DNA of 64,000 nt. Origin: Azolla caroliniana. Taxonomy: Eukaryota > Plantae > Polypodiophyta. The stretch spans positions 5,890,001 to 5,954,000 of the forward strand of contig JBHGNT010000016.1 of NCBI GenBank assembly GCA_043228905.1, written 5' to 3'. The notes beneath the pieces are model-generated. The model was not told the origin of the DNA, ran no database searches, and was given only the letters and a program-made list of their open reading frames with translations. Shown piece by piece: positions 1 to 11,490 of the stretch. Both the position numbers and the translations under genes were made by a program. The number at the start of each line of letters is the position of its first letter. Position 1 is the stretch's first letter.

Positions 1-183
1 GTAGGCCCGGTATGAACCGGATGGGGAGTACTCGACTGCGGAGAGCCGGATGGTGTAGGCCCGGTATGAACCGGATGGGGAGTACCCGACTGCGGAGAGC
101 CGGATGGTGTAGGCCCGGTATGAACCGGATGGGGAGTACCCGACTACGGAGAGCCGGATGGTGCAGGCCCGGTATGAACCGGA
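1..183 (+). repeat. 54-bp tandem repeat (~3.4 copies) in LTR U3
   Basis: Unit GTAGGCCCGGTATGAACCGGATGGGGAGTACCCGACTGCGGAGAGCCGGATGGT starts at 1, 55, 109 and 163 (partial). Confidence 0.95.
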
Positions 184-654
184 GGAAGAGACATATTCGT
201 AAACATGTTTCTGAGAGCCCATCGAGGCTACATTTGTAAATAGCCGAAAAGTCATATTAGTATAAATATGACTTAGGGCAAACTTTTAGGTGTGTCGTTT
301 TTGTTGTTGTCATTCTTCCTTGTTGGTGCAAGAAGAAGAGAGAGCGCGTAACTGTACAGAGAGAGAGAGAGAGAGAGACGAGGTCGTTGCCTCTGTTGTA
401 ACCGCCGCCTGTGGCAAAGATCTGAGAGCACGAGGTCGTTGCCTCAGTGAACTCACTGTTGTATATTCCTACATAGTGACAGTTTGCAGCCTGTGGGCTG
501 CCGTGGTTTTTCCCCTATTTTAGGGTTTTCCACGTAAACCTCCTGTGTACCATTTCTCCCCTTTGTGTCGCGTTTCATTACCTGTTTTTCTGTGTATGAA
601 AAGAATCTCGGTTGTGGCCGAGCGTCGGACATAAGGAACGTCGAGTTCTCGACA
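1..654 (+). mobile_element. Copia LTR (3' or solo, cut by the window edge), same family as the LTRs at 14364/19086/21228/26027/27591
   Basis: Shares the core GACATAT..AAGTCATATTAGTATAAATATGACTTAGGGC and the U5 motif GGTTGTGGCCGAGC. It ends ...GTTCTCGACA at 654, which aligns with sister ends ATTCCCAACA and CTCCTGTCA. No PBS follows. Confidence 0.8.
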
Positions 655-724
655 CATTTAACCCTCACACTTATCCACGTGTATAGAATACTACGGTAAA
701 TTCTCACAACAGGATATTAAATGG

Positions 725-2360
725 TCATGCCCGTAACAACGTAGCTCGCACCTCCACCGGCTTCTCCGGTTCTAGCTCCGTCAAGAGCCTCTTTTGCTTC
801 ACCAAGTCTACGATGGAGTCGTGGAACTCCCTCTTGGTGATTCCCAGCACCTCCCGCAACGACAGCTCCACTTTACTGTCGAGGATACATTCCTCGAGGA
901 CCTTTTGCAGGTTTGTGGTTCTTTCGATTTCGGTGCTCAACCGAAACCCCGCCTGCTTCTTTCCGTCCGGCGCACCTGGGTTGCCGGCACCGGTCGGTTT
1001 CGGTCTGAACCGGGTCTCATACCTCTGCGGGGGGACTGACCCCTCCGGCCTTTCCTACCCATTTGTCCTCCACCAGAACCTCGTAGTTCTGGCAAGCGGC
1101 TTCTACGAAGCCCGTTTTCTCTTCGACTGGATCATCCCAACCGGTGACCTCTTGGACCCTCTGCTCCGCGCGGTCCGCCTCTTCCTTCTTCAGCCGAACT
1201 CCGGAGAGGCCTTCTAGCACTAGCGGCCAGAATCCGGAGTCCTTCGCCTTCCGGGTCTCATCACCCTCGACCCGAATTCCCGCCGACACTGAGTAGTTAA
1301 CGGCTTCAACGTGCCGTGCCGCGGCCTCTTCCATCAACCTCTTCATTCCGCCGCGCCCCGTATTTAGTTCTAGGGCTCTACGGGTCTCGCTCGTGTGCAC
1401 TTGCCCGTTCCAGAGGTACACCACGTTGGTCCTGAGCGCGTCGGCGAAATCCGCGCAATCCTTCTGAATGTGACCGATCGTGTCACACCACATGCACCGC
1501 TGCCCAGCCGGCGGCCTCCGGTCGCAAGGTCGTTCACCGCTGTCTCTTCGGGCCTGTGCGATCTGTAGGTCGCGTACCATCTGTGTCAGCTCGTCCAGAG
1601 TCACTCCTCCGGATGGGCCTCTGACCACGTCCTTTGATGCCGACCCCGACTCTGGCCAGATTCGGGTCTCTTCCTTCCTACCGGCCGGCACCGATACCGG
1701 CTCCTCGAGCCTCCTCCCTGGGACCGGCCCTGACCCTAACGAGCTTCCGTTGCTCCAATCGCGCCGTTTGTCGAAACGGCTGCAGACCCGTTTTACCACG
1801 GCCCAGTCTGCCGTGAGCCCTTTGTCCGTTTCCAATAGGGGACCCACCCTTTCCCTGTCGAGCGCGTCCACCGACTTGACAAACAGTAGTACTCGACTCG
1901 TTTCGAGCACGGTCCGGTCCAGCGTCGACAATCGCGTGAACCGTCTTTCGAACTCCTGGAGGAGCACCGACGTGTTCCTCCCTTTTCCGGGGCTTTCCAC
2001 CCACGCCATTAAGTCCCGCCTCGACAGCCGAAGCGAGTCGTCAAACCCATACTTCTCGAGGAGCTGCAGCTCGAACTCCTCCCAAGTCTGGCATCCGGCT
2101 AGCACCTCGAGCACCTCCGCATGGATGCCCGGCGTCACCACTAGAGGGAATCCGGATAGCCGCCTGTCCACCGGGATATCCCTCATGATCATTTCGGCCC
2201 GATAAGCCTCCAAATAACTTGTGGCGTCTTTCCCTCCGAACCGGCCTATAGAGCCGACGATCGATTCGATGTCTCTGTCGAGGGTACCCGTCCCCTCATG
2301 AGCGCTTACCAGCCGGTCGATGGCTACCGCCATTGCCTCTGCTAGCTCCGATCCCCTCAT
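725..2360 (-). pseudogene. gag: Gag of Phygy-like Gypsy (CCHC knuckle CMWCDTIGHIQKDC), frameshifted near 1030
   Basis: ORFs 1017..2387 and 725..940. The ATG at 2360 (MRGSELAE) matches MRGSEVVE at 39045. The VELSLREVLG segment is shared with 46010. Confidence 0.85.
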
Positions 2361-2382
2361 CTTTCGACTCCTTTGCCGCCCG

Positions 2383-2400
2383 TTCACGTCGGGTTCACCA
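2383..2400 (-). promoter_or_regulatory. Primer-binding site complementary to the tRNA-Trp 3' end
   Basis: TGGTGAACCCGACGTGAA is the reverse complement of plant tRNA-Trp ...TTCACGTCGGGTTCA+CCA. The same PBS occurs at 26794 (one mismatch), 33650, 39005 and 47115. Confidence 0.88.
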
Positions 2401-2521
2401 AAGATGTCACGTTGTTACGCGTGTGCAGAAAGAGGCGGGACCACGGGGGCCTTGAACCGAGGAGCGAGAGAGAGAGAGAGAGGGAGAGAGAGAGAGGGAG
2501 AGAGAGAGAGGGAGAGAGAGA

Positions 2522-2569
<48 letters not shown>

Positions 2570-3147
2570 GCAGACACGCAACAAGGAGAAGGAAAGAGAA
2601 ACAAACGACACACTTAATTACAGTAACAGTAGATTACAATATTCAGAGATTGCAAACTCTGACGGTTACAACCAGCAAGGCGGCGATGGACCCGACACGG
2701 GGATCTCACTCACGCACACCGACAGAACACACCCAACTCAAAGAAACAAAAGGGGAGAGCCTCTGCCGGAAGTGCACGGGCTGTCCACGAAGCAGAGGCA
2801 ATGACCTCCCCACCCCACAGAGACCGACAATCGGAGGAGAAGAGAGAGCTCAACACTCGGTCTTGCAACACACTCCCTCACGCGCGATACCTCTTTCATT
2901 CCTCTCCCTCTCTTTTATAGCACAAGGAGGGAGGCCGTTATCATCTATTACATGATATTAATTCTCTGTCCTTCCAGACAGAGATACAATTCGATCCTCT
3001 CCCTATTGAATGCGTGCTACCTAGGATTTCACCTCAGTCGACTTGTACCTACCCACTTACTATACAACGAAAAGTGTGCTCATGTGCAAGGGCCGGTTTA
3101 CACACGCTAAACTCGGTTTCCTCCTAGGGACGGTTTTCTTCACGACA

Positions 3148-5772
3148 GCGGTATGGGCATTTCGAATATATTGTTATGCCATTCGGTCTAACCAATGCAC
3201 CCGCAGTCTTCCAACACATGGCAAATGATATATTCAGAGACCTCTTGGATATCTGTTTGATCATCTATCTGGATGATCTATTGATTTATTCGAAGACCTA
3301 GGAAGAGCACGATTATCATGTACTATTAGTACTAAAACGACTCCGCGAGAATGGTCTTTATGCCAAGCTAGAAAAATGTAGCTTTGACTGCAAGCAAGTG
3401 GAATTTCTAGGCAACGTCATCTACTCAAAGGGCATCTCCATGGATCCAGCTAAAGTCCGAACTGTGCTAGAGTGGCAAATTCCACAGTCGGTATGAGATG
3501 TACAATGTTTTCTAGGTTTTGCTAACTTCTATCGCAAGTTTATACAGGATTACTCGAAGATTATTTTACCTCTCACACAACTTACGAAGAAGGTACAAGC
3601 ATTTCTTTGGTCCAATGAAGCGGACATGGCTTTTCGGCATCTTAAGAAAGCCTTTACATCAGCTCCTATTCTAGCTCATGTGGATACAAAGAAACCATTC
3701 ATCATGGAGGCCGATGCATCGGATTTCTCCCTCGATAGCATCCTTTCTCAACAAGGAGATAAAGAAGAGTTACATCTTGTGGCTTTCCATTCGCGCAAAT
3801 TCGATGCCGCGGAAATCAACTATGAAATACATGACAAGGAGTTACTAGCCATCGTGGATTCCTTTGTGCAATGGCGGCATTTCTTAGAGGGCTCTCCACA
3901 TCAGGTCATCGTCTTTAGTGATCACAAAAACCTTGCTTATTTCTAGAACGCTCGGGTGCTAAATAGACAGCAAGCTCGGTGGGCTCAATTCCTCACGCGT
4001 TTCGACTTCAAAATCACATATCGACAGGGGAAACAACAAGGAAAAGCAGATGCGCTATCATGGTGTTCATATCTTGCACCTCGTCCTGGTGATCCAACAT
4101 TCGATAATCAAAAGCAAGTAATCTCCTGTCGCCTTCAAATCGTCCAAAGTTGTCACGACACCCATATGGCGGGACATTTCGGTAGAACTAAGACGTTGGA
4201 TCTAGTTCAACGATCCTTTTGGTGGCCCCATATGTGACGTTTTGTCGACGACTACGTTCGGATCTGTGATGCTTGCTACCGAGCAAAGATGCCACGACAC
4301 CATCCATATGGCTTGTTGGAACCCTTACTGATTCCAAGTAAGCCATGGCAATCTATTTGTCTTGACTTTATCACAGATCTGCCGATCTCGAAGGGGTTCG
4401 ATGCTATCTTAACCGTCGTCGATGCTATCTCGAAGATGGCACATTTTGTGCCATGTACTAAGGCCATCACTAGCGAGGAAACCGCCGCCCTTGTCATGCG
4501 TGAGGTATTTCGGCATCATGGCCTCCTAGACAGTATCATCAGTGATCGAGGACCGCAATTCGTCTCCAAATTTTGGCAGTATCTCTTCAAGATGCTCAAG
4601 GTCTCTTGCAACCTCTCCTTTGGCTACCATCCTCAGACCGATGGGCAGGCGGAACGAACAAACCAAACGCTGGAGCAATATCTCCGGTGTTTCCTGAGTT
4701 ATCAACAGGACGATTGGGCCGAGATTCTTCACTTTGCGGAGTTTGCGTATAATAATGATGTTCATTCCTCGACTCGAGTCTCCCCATTCTACGCTTATAT
4801 CGGTTCTCATCCTCGCTGGTCGGTGATCAACACCCTGGAGCTACCTACCAATCCTCGTGCCGAGGATCATTTGGAGAGACTACGCAAGATCCAGACGGAT
4901 CTCTCTACTCATCTTCGTCATGCTCAACAGACACAGAAGACTTACGTGGATCGTCATCGGATTCCCTCCTCTTTTGCCATCGAAGATCGAGCTTGGCTCT
5001 TACGTCGTCACATCAAGACTACTCGACCGTGCGACAAGTTGGATTATCGTCGACTCGGTCCTTTCCGTATCATCGGTAAGCTTAATGATGTCACGTTTCG
5101 CCTTGATCTTCCTCCGCATCTTCGGATACATCCAGTCTTCCATAGTTCTCTTCTTGAACCTTATAAAGCAGACACTATTCCCGATCGTGTTACACCACCG
5201 CCGCCCCCGCTTGAGTTTGATGCCGGCCCGGAGTATGAAGTTGCTGCCATCCTCGACTCCAAATTTGTTCGCAACAAACTTTATTATTTGGTCGATTGGC
5301 TTGGCTATAGTCCGAGCGAACGTACTTGGGAGCCCGTTGAGTATGTCGCCAATGCTTAGGATCTTCTTGCTGATTTTCACCGACAGTATCCGTCCTCAAT
5401 CAGCGTCGACTCGTTCCACTTGTCGTCTTAAAGGGGGGATAGTGTCATGATATGGCAAGACTCGAACCCATGACCTTATGGTATATGGCTCGAGCTCTTA
5501 ACCATGACACCATCTATTGTAATTTGTAGGATATTATTTTCATTTATGCTTTATTATAAGAAATTAATGTATATTCCAGATTTCTCTGGAACATTCTAGA
5601 AGCTTCAAGATTACTCTTGAGAACACTATAAAAGAAGGCACTAGGCATTATGTTGAACCAAATTGGTTCAACGCCAATCGTAAGCCTCTTAGCCATTTTG
5701 TACTTATCCTTCACATAATATATTGGCTGCTATCATCATCTCTCTCTCTCTCATCCTCGCTATCTCTCTTTT

Positions 5773-5804
<32 letters not shown>

Positions 5805-5938
5805 GGGAGTCTTACGCAGTCCCGTCCTCTTAGTACTAATAGTACTTATCTTCTTTAGTACTAATTCCATCTTTGCTTTAGTACTATTCCTAACACATAG
5901 TCTTCGACGAGTCCGCATCCTGGTACGCACTAGAGACA
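3148..5938 (+). mobile_element. Decayed Tcn1-like chromovirus (RT-RNaseH-INT-chromodomain, PPT, 3' LTR 5443-5938)
   Basis: RT motifs RYGHFEY and YLDD, RNase H EINYEIHDKELLAI, INT SDRGPQF and GPF/Y, chromodomain EYEVAAILDS..YLVDWLGY..TWEP. PPT AAAGGGGGGA is followed by TGTCA at 5443. Confidence 0.9.
4289..5359 (+). pseudogene. pol: Integrase core + GPY/F + chromodomain of chromovirus
   Basis: 356-aa ORF with DFITDLP, SDRG, HPQTDGQAER and a chromodomain. The upstream RT/RH is broken by stops and a deletion near 4118. Confidence 0.9.
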
Positions 5939-6998
5939 ACTTTGACTCCAACTCTGCTCGACCCGGAATCCGTCGAACAAGAGGTAGAAGATGGAGATCG
6001 CTTCGAACACACGTTTGAAGAAAGTCCGATTACGGCAAAGCCTAGTTGGCCACAAGAGCCCCCACGCGACCCAAGCACGTCGTTGCCAAGTACGAACTTG
6101 GATAAATGCAAAGGTAAGATGCCCGAATACGAAGTTGATCACCCCGACGACAGTGATTCGGATGGATCGGCTCCCTCACTAGATAGTGAGTTTGGTGTAC
6201 ACATCATGCGTACACCCGGAGTAAAGAAGGCGCTCACATCGGTGAGCAAAAAACTTTGACGCTCATCTAGACCTAAGAACCCCGTCACTCGGCACGGCTA
6301 CAACGAGTACATGGTCCATCATTATGCCTTCGCGATGAAGGGAGCGACCGAACAAGAACCCAAGAGCTCCACCGAAGCGGCTCGTAACTCACGATGGGTG
6401 GCAGTAGTCGACCTTCGCCCACACACTACAAGCCTTCATCACAGGCTTGAGGGGGAGGAACTGAAACTGCCACAAAAATGTCGATGCCAAAAGAAACAAT
6501 ACCGGCCATCCAAAGCCGAAGCCGATTCAACCGAATCAAAGATCCGAACGTCGAAAGCCAAAGCGGACATCGAATGCCCCGTACTTGAGCTTGAGGGGGC
6601 GTGTTGAGGGATCAAGCTCAACTTAGTTTAGTTAGTTAGTCAACAATGTAACTTCGTAGTTACCTAGATAGAATCTAGTTAGAAGTGTTGACTATAATGC
6701 CTTAAATAGGACCTTGTACTTAAGTGGGATATTCTAGATCCTCCACTCCTAAGTACATTTAATATAGGACTTACACATTAGTACCTATATTCTACTCACA
6801 CATGTGCACCTTTGCACATGAGATGTATATATACCCCATTGTGGGTATTTTTGGATTTGATGATGATGATAATGCTAATTTAATATACTTACTCATCCCC
6901 TATCTTGTGTTGTTCATAAGTGTATCTCTCGTCTCTCTCTTCCTCTCACACACATACACACACATATAACATAATCTTCCGCACTTAACTTAATCACA
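5939..6998 (+). mobile_element. Internally deleted Copia 3' remnant with LTR 6602-6998 (double-PPT family)
   Basis: GYNEYMVHHYAF matches GYNEYMAHHYAF at ~58145. PPT CTTGAGGGGGCG precedes TGTTGAG. The LTR end CTTCCGCACTTAAC..CACA resembles 60460-60482. Confidence 0.8.
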
Positions 6999-7279
6999 TA
7001 ATTAGGTACTAATTAACTCTTAATTACTTACCTAATTCTTAACATGGTCCTTAGAGTAGTTACCATGGTTTACATAGATTTCAGTGATGGTTGAATATGT
7101 GCCTTGAGTCGACTGATGTGTGATTGGTCTACTTGTGCAGAATATGAATATGGATATTGTTAATGGAAATGGGCAAGCATGTAGACAAGTAGAATAGATG
7201 GTGCATTGTTTAATCTCAACAAAGATATACAAGAAAGATGGAGAAAGACGGTTACACAGTTAGAGCACAAGAATGACAC

Positions 7280-7702
7280 TGTTACTATTCAAATCCCGCC
7301 AAACTGTATTACAAGACTTAGTCCCCTATATTTATACTTAGGGTAACTAATCCCTTACTCCCTTAGGGAGTGTTCACACTAAGAGGATACAACTGAAGCG
7401 TATGCGGAAATGTATGAGGATCTGTCTCAGTTCGTACCCAAAAAACAACACAAAAAGAGAAGCAAAGATATACACAAATTGAAGCTTTAATGGAAGCTCT
7501 ATTACGTTCTCTGTGTCCCTCTCTCGTAGAGACTCAATATACAATATATGATCAAGAAGATTGTTCCTTTACAACGTTAGGTTATTGGTTATATATACTA
7601 AGCCCTAACTATGTGGACGAGTTCACACTAGGATACAAAGTGGAAGGCGTCGGCCTTTTATGCCAACAACAACATGGGTAGAGTGAGACTTTTATCCCAA
7701 CA
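7280..7702 (-). mobile_element. Possible degenerate Copia solo LTR
   Basis: The minus strand starts TGTTGGGATAAAAG and carries a TATA-like TAGTATATATAA. The left end is uncertain and no matching TSD was found. Confidence 0.3.
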
Positions 7703-7709
7703 TCAAGGT

Positions 7710-7810
7710 ACTATATAAATGAAGAAGAATATGATGATGGTGGTGTAAGGGTCTCAAAATTAAATTTTGTGGGACCACCACCATCATATTCTTCTTCATT
7801 TATATATAGT
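7710..7810. repeat. ~100-bp near-perfect inverted repeat (foldback)
   Basis: ACTATATAAATGAAGAAGAATATGATGATGGTGGT pairs with ACCACCACCATCATATTCTTCTTCATTTATATATAGT. An inner arm GGTCTCAAAAT pairs with ATTTTGTGGGACC. Confidence 0.9.
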
Positions 7811-7849
7811 TCTTCTTATCAAGATAGTTGAGGTTTTGAGTTCCACATT

Positions 7850-7865
7850 GCCCTCTTCTTCATCG

Positions 7866-7897
<32 letters not shown>

Positions 7898-8720
7898 TTC
7901 ATCTTCTTCTTCTTCTTCTCAAGTGTACTTCGACTCATATGATCACATCGTCTTCTTTCATTTAAACTTGGTGATTTCGATCCTCCATCACCACTTGCGG
8001 ATAGAGGCCTGGTGCTTGTCCACGCATGTGTGACGCCCACTTTGTGACATCAATTTTTCTCTGGTACATAATAATTTTACTGTTGATATTCCACACACTT
8101 GTGGATAGAAGCTTGGTGCTTGTCCACGCATGTGTGACGCCCACTTTGCGACATCAATTTTTCTCTAGTACATAATAATTTTACTGTTGGTATTCCAAAC
8201 ACTTGCGGATAGAGGCATGGTGCTTGTCCACGCACGTGTGACACCCACTTTGTGACATCAATTTTTCTCTAGTACATAATAATTTTACTGTTGGTATTCC
8301 AAACACTTGCAGATAGAGGCCCGGTGCTTGTCCACGCACGTGTGACGCCCACTTTGCAACATCAATTTTTCTCTGGTACATAATAATTTTACTGTTGGTA
8401 TTCCAGACAATTGATCTTCTTTGTTATGTATATAAGCATCTAATACTACTCTAATTAAGCCCTCTAATTGATGCAACAACTGATAATATTCCTTGGGCAA
8501 TCTCGGAAAACTTCCGATGAAAATTAGAAAAGAATATTCGATTGGAGACCTAGAACTTGTATAATTAAAGAATATTGTTGAAAGCGCCCAATCTCCTAGC
8601 ACACATGTAGTCCTTGCTCGGATAGCTAAAGCTCAACAATCAGCCCTGCAACAAGTTGAAAATCATGAAGCGATTCACTGGATCCTTCCACCATTGTAGA
8701 TGCCTGAGCCATCATCATTC
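7850..8720 (-). pseudogene. Possible decayed hAT-like transposase C-terminus with acidic tail
   Basis: The minus strand reads LQWWKDP...ALAIRARTTCV, resembling the hAT dimerisation motif WWK..LAIPATS..ER. (GAA)n(GAT)n at 7855-7920 could encode poly-E/D. Weak and frameshifted. Confidence 0.3.
7992..8405. repeat. 104-bp tandem repeat, 4 copies
   Basis: Units start at 7992, 8096, 8200 and 8304 (CACTTGCGGATAGAGGCCTGGTGCTTGTCCACG...TATTCCA). Confidence 0.95.
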
Positions 8721-8769
8721 TCCTGCTCTTTCTTCCTCTCCCCAACACTTTCTCAGTTTTCCTGAGCAT

Positions 8770-9075
8770 AGATTTCTTGCAAATTAAAACTTATAAATAT
8801 ATGTGTATAAATAAATTTGGTTTTTAAGTTGAATTTTATACGGTTTAAAACATAGATTAATGGAAGGAAAATGATTAAATCCACATATTACATTAATTAC
8901 AAAGGATTTCACTATCTCCCTTTTGCCGCTTCTTCTTTTGAGTATATAAGATTCCTTGCAAATTAAAACTTATAAATATATGTATAATTGGTAGTTAAAT
9001 TGAATCTATTGCGGTTTAAGTAGATTAAGAATATTAAGGGGATTATAAGTATTCCACATATTACATCAACTACAA
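8770..9075. repeat. Degenerate ~179-bp AT-rich direct duplication
   Basis: AGATT(T/C)CTTGCAAATTAAAACTTATAAATATATGT occurs at 8770 and 8949, and TCCACATATTACAT at 8880 and 9053. Confidence 0.75.
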
Positions 9076-9610
9076 GGTTGCCTTGGTTGTCAACCCTCAT
9101 GATTTACTTGCCCATCAAAAACCTCATAAAATTACCACTAACATCCTTAATCTGGGGTGGGTAGTTCACAATCATTGGCTTTGTTTCATGGTCTCCCACC
9201 CCTCCTCATGTCAACTCAACTCACTACCAAAGTTGCACTTACGTCTCCATTATAGGCAACCTTGGAAACCTTTAAGGCTTATTAAGTTAGCTTAAAAGTA
9301 ACACACACCTAATCGCTACACCAATAAAGAAATATTTTTGTCTTAGTTAAATAGATAATTATTTGATAAGAAACATATGAGGTGTCTCGAAATATATCAT
9401 TACTAAGTAAAAAACATTTGTATCTCAATTTGTTAGAATGGAAAATCTTCATGGATTAAAGTGGCTTTTAATGGATGAAAATTGGAGAGAATGAGAACCA
9501 ACAAATAGCCCGAACATTAGCACATCTAACCCCAGAACAAGTCAAAATGTAAATTCAGGATCAAACGACATTGTCAAAGACATCGACCTACGACTCAGCC
9601 CTGAAGAGCG

Positions 9611-11490
9611 ATGGCAGCAGAAGGATCTTCGAAAAACGACTCGGCTGCTTTAGAGCCTGCACAAACATCAGCCCCAAACCTTCTGGACATCAATGGGACA
9701 CAGGTATGTCACGAACATCTATTTAATCGCATTGATGCTAAAACCGAACAGGAAACACAAGGGGTGGACAATCAAAATGGTCCCTCAATGCATGCAATGG
9801 GAGCCTTTGTTCTCTCCCCGGAGGAAGAATGCCTAATGGAGAGTGAATTAACACGTCTTAAACGGGAATCCTTTGTGGTAAAAGTGGTGGGTAGTCGACC
9901 CAATAGAGCAATATTGCGTGATTGGCTGCAAAGTTGTCTACAAGAAGACCTTGGTAGATTGAAGGACATTGCATTTATGGGAAAGGGCTTCTACCATGTT
10001 ATAGTGATGCCGGAAACGAATGTATGCAAAATTGTTGAGAGCAGCCCACTGATTTGGCACAATGCGAGGGCCTATGTATTCAATTGGGATGCAGACTTTG
10101 ACATGTGTAAAGCTAATGCTTAATAGGCAATCCTACAATGGTAACGACATTTTTTCCTGGTTTACCTAAGTAATGGGAATCCTTTCTCCCGGCCATTGGC
10201 AAAAGTATGGGAGGTCAATGCTTGGAAAAGACTCTTGCGGAGAGAATAAGTGAAACACCGAGGATCAAACTAATTGTTTCGGATGAAAAGACCTTACCGC
10301 AATCAATGTTGTTGAGCAGTAAACAAATGGCTGACCATGTACAAACTGTTGAGTATGTGGGACTCCCAGGGCAATGCTTTGCATGTAGACAGATGGGGCA
10401 CATGGCCCGAGAATGCCCTAGAGGAAAGGAGAACATGCATCATGGAAATGGGAAGCAAGGACAGAAATGTAAAACAAGTCTGATGCAACAGAAAAATCAA
10501 CGAATGAACCATGCATTGAGTAAGAATGAAGATGGATGGAAACATAACACCTATAAAGGCAAACAAAAAGTCATGGTCAGGCAAGAATGGCTCCCACTTA
10601 GAAATAAGTATGCGCTCTTAACCTTAGAGGACAATGAATACAAACCTAATGAAAGGGAAGAAAGAACAAAGGCAACTCATGAGAGTAATTATGTGGAAGT
10701 AATTAATGATATGACGAAACTACACCAGGAGGACAACTTGGTAGGGGATGTTATTGGCCAGATGCTTCATGAAAGTATAGGCAAGGTAGGAGAATTAAAC
10801 ATAGGAAAGGTCGTAAGCCCATTGAAAGAGCAGTCTAAGTCATTGGTGACAACCCTAGATATTAAGGGGATAGCAAAAATGAAAAGGCACATGCGTGCTA
10901 AAAAAGAGGAGATGAAGGGGATGGAAAAAAATAAAGGGATGCGTAAATGGCCAAGAGTGAACTGGAATCTTCAATACAAGGCGGGCCCCCTCTCGAATAC
11001 TGGACAACAGATCAAAGTGAATCTGACGGGCAAAAAGTGGTTCAAGGAACTATGTGGAAGTGAGATGAAGAAGGACAGCATATGTAGAGTCAATATATAT
11101 GGCAAATGTAGTGATGGAGGGGTTGCTGGTCTGTCCTATATTTTGGCCTTGGGAACTAAGGAGCCACATAGTAGAGAAGAAGCCCTCGGGTGTTTGGAAC
11201 AACAAATGGATGTTTATGTAGACGCATCATATGGTACCGCAATAGGGATGAAAATGAAAAGACAATGGAAAGATGCCTTGATTTGGAGTTCGGGCAAGGC
11301 GAATGAACAAGGCATATGCTTCATAAATGTGAAATTTAGGAAGCTTCCTAATCTGATAACGGAGTTCATGGTATACGTCCCTGAAATGCTGACACAGTTG
11401 GAAGAGGAAAATCTCCAAGATCGGATATTAGCTACCATATTGGAAGCGGAAAATGCATTGGCTGGGCCTCAGAAGGTGCAGCTTATATGA
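9611..11490 (+). pseudogene. LINE ORF1 (DUF4283-like N-terminus, zinc knuckle CFACRQMGHMAREC)
   Basis: ORFs 9611..10123 and 10207..11490, separated by a frameshift near 10120 and a TAA at 10171. Confidence 0.85.

Larger units (their letters stand above)
712..3147 (-). mobile_element. Truncated tRNA-Trp-primed Ty3/Gypsy (Phygy-like) element: 5' LTR 2405-3147, PBS, gag
   Basis: On the minus strand the LTR reads TGTCGTGAAGAAAACC...AACGTGACA. A 4-nt spacer and the PBS follow, then a gag homologous to 39045-46344. The flank at 3148-3151 is GCGG. Confidence 0.88.

Noticed and set aside
1-183. CRISPR-like or repeat-protein ORF (12..239)
   Set aside because: Head-to-tail 54-bp units without spacers inside a Copia U3; the ORF results from a unit length divisible by 3.
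2320-2955. ER-repeat protein ORF
   Set aside because: Translation of the (GA)n microsatellite within an LTR.
5449-5512. Functional tRNA gene (also 47875-47935)
   Set aside because: Acceptor and T stems do not pair properly; kept only as tRNA-like boxes.
7992-8405. CRISPR array
   Set aside because: Contiguous 104-bp tandem units, no unique spacers, no cas genes, eukaryotic context.
6999-9518. Host protein-coding gene
   Set aside because: Only short ORFs without recognisable domains or a consistent exon structure, apart from a weak transposase-like trace.
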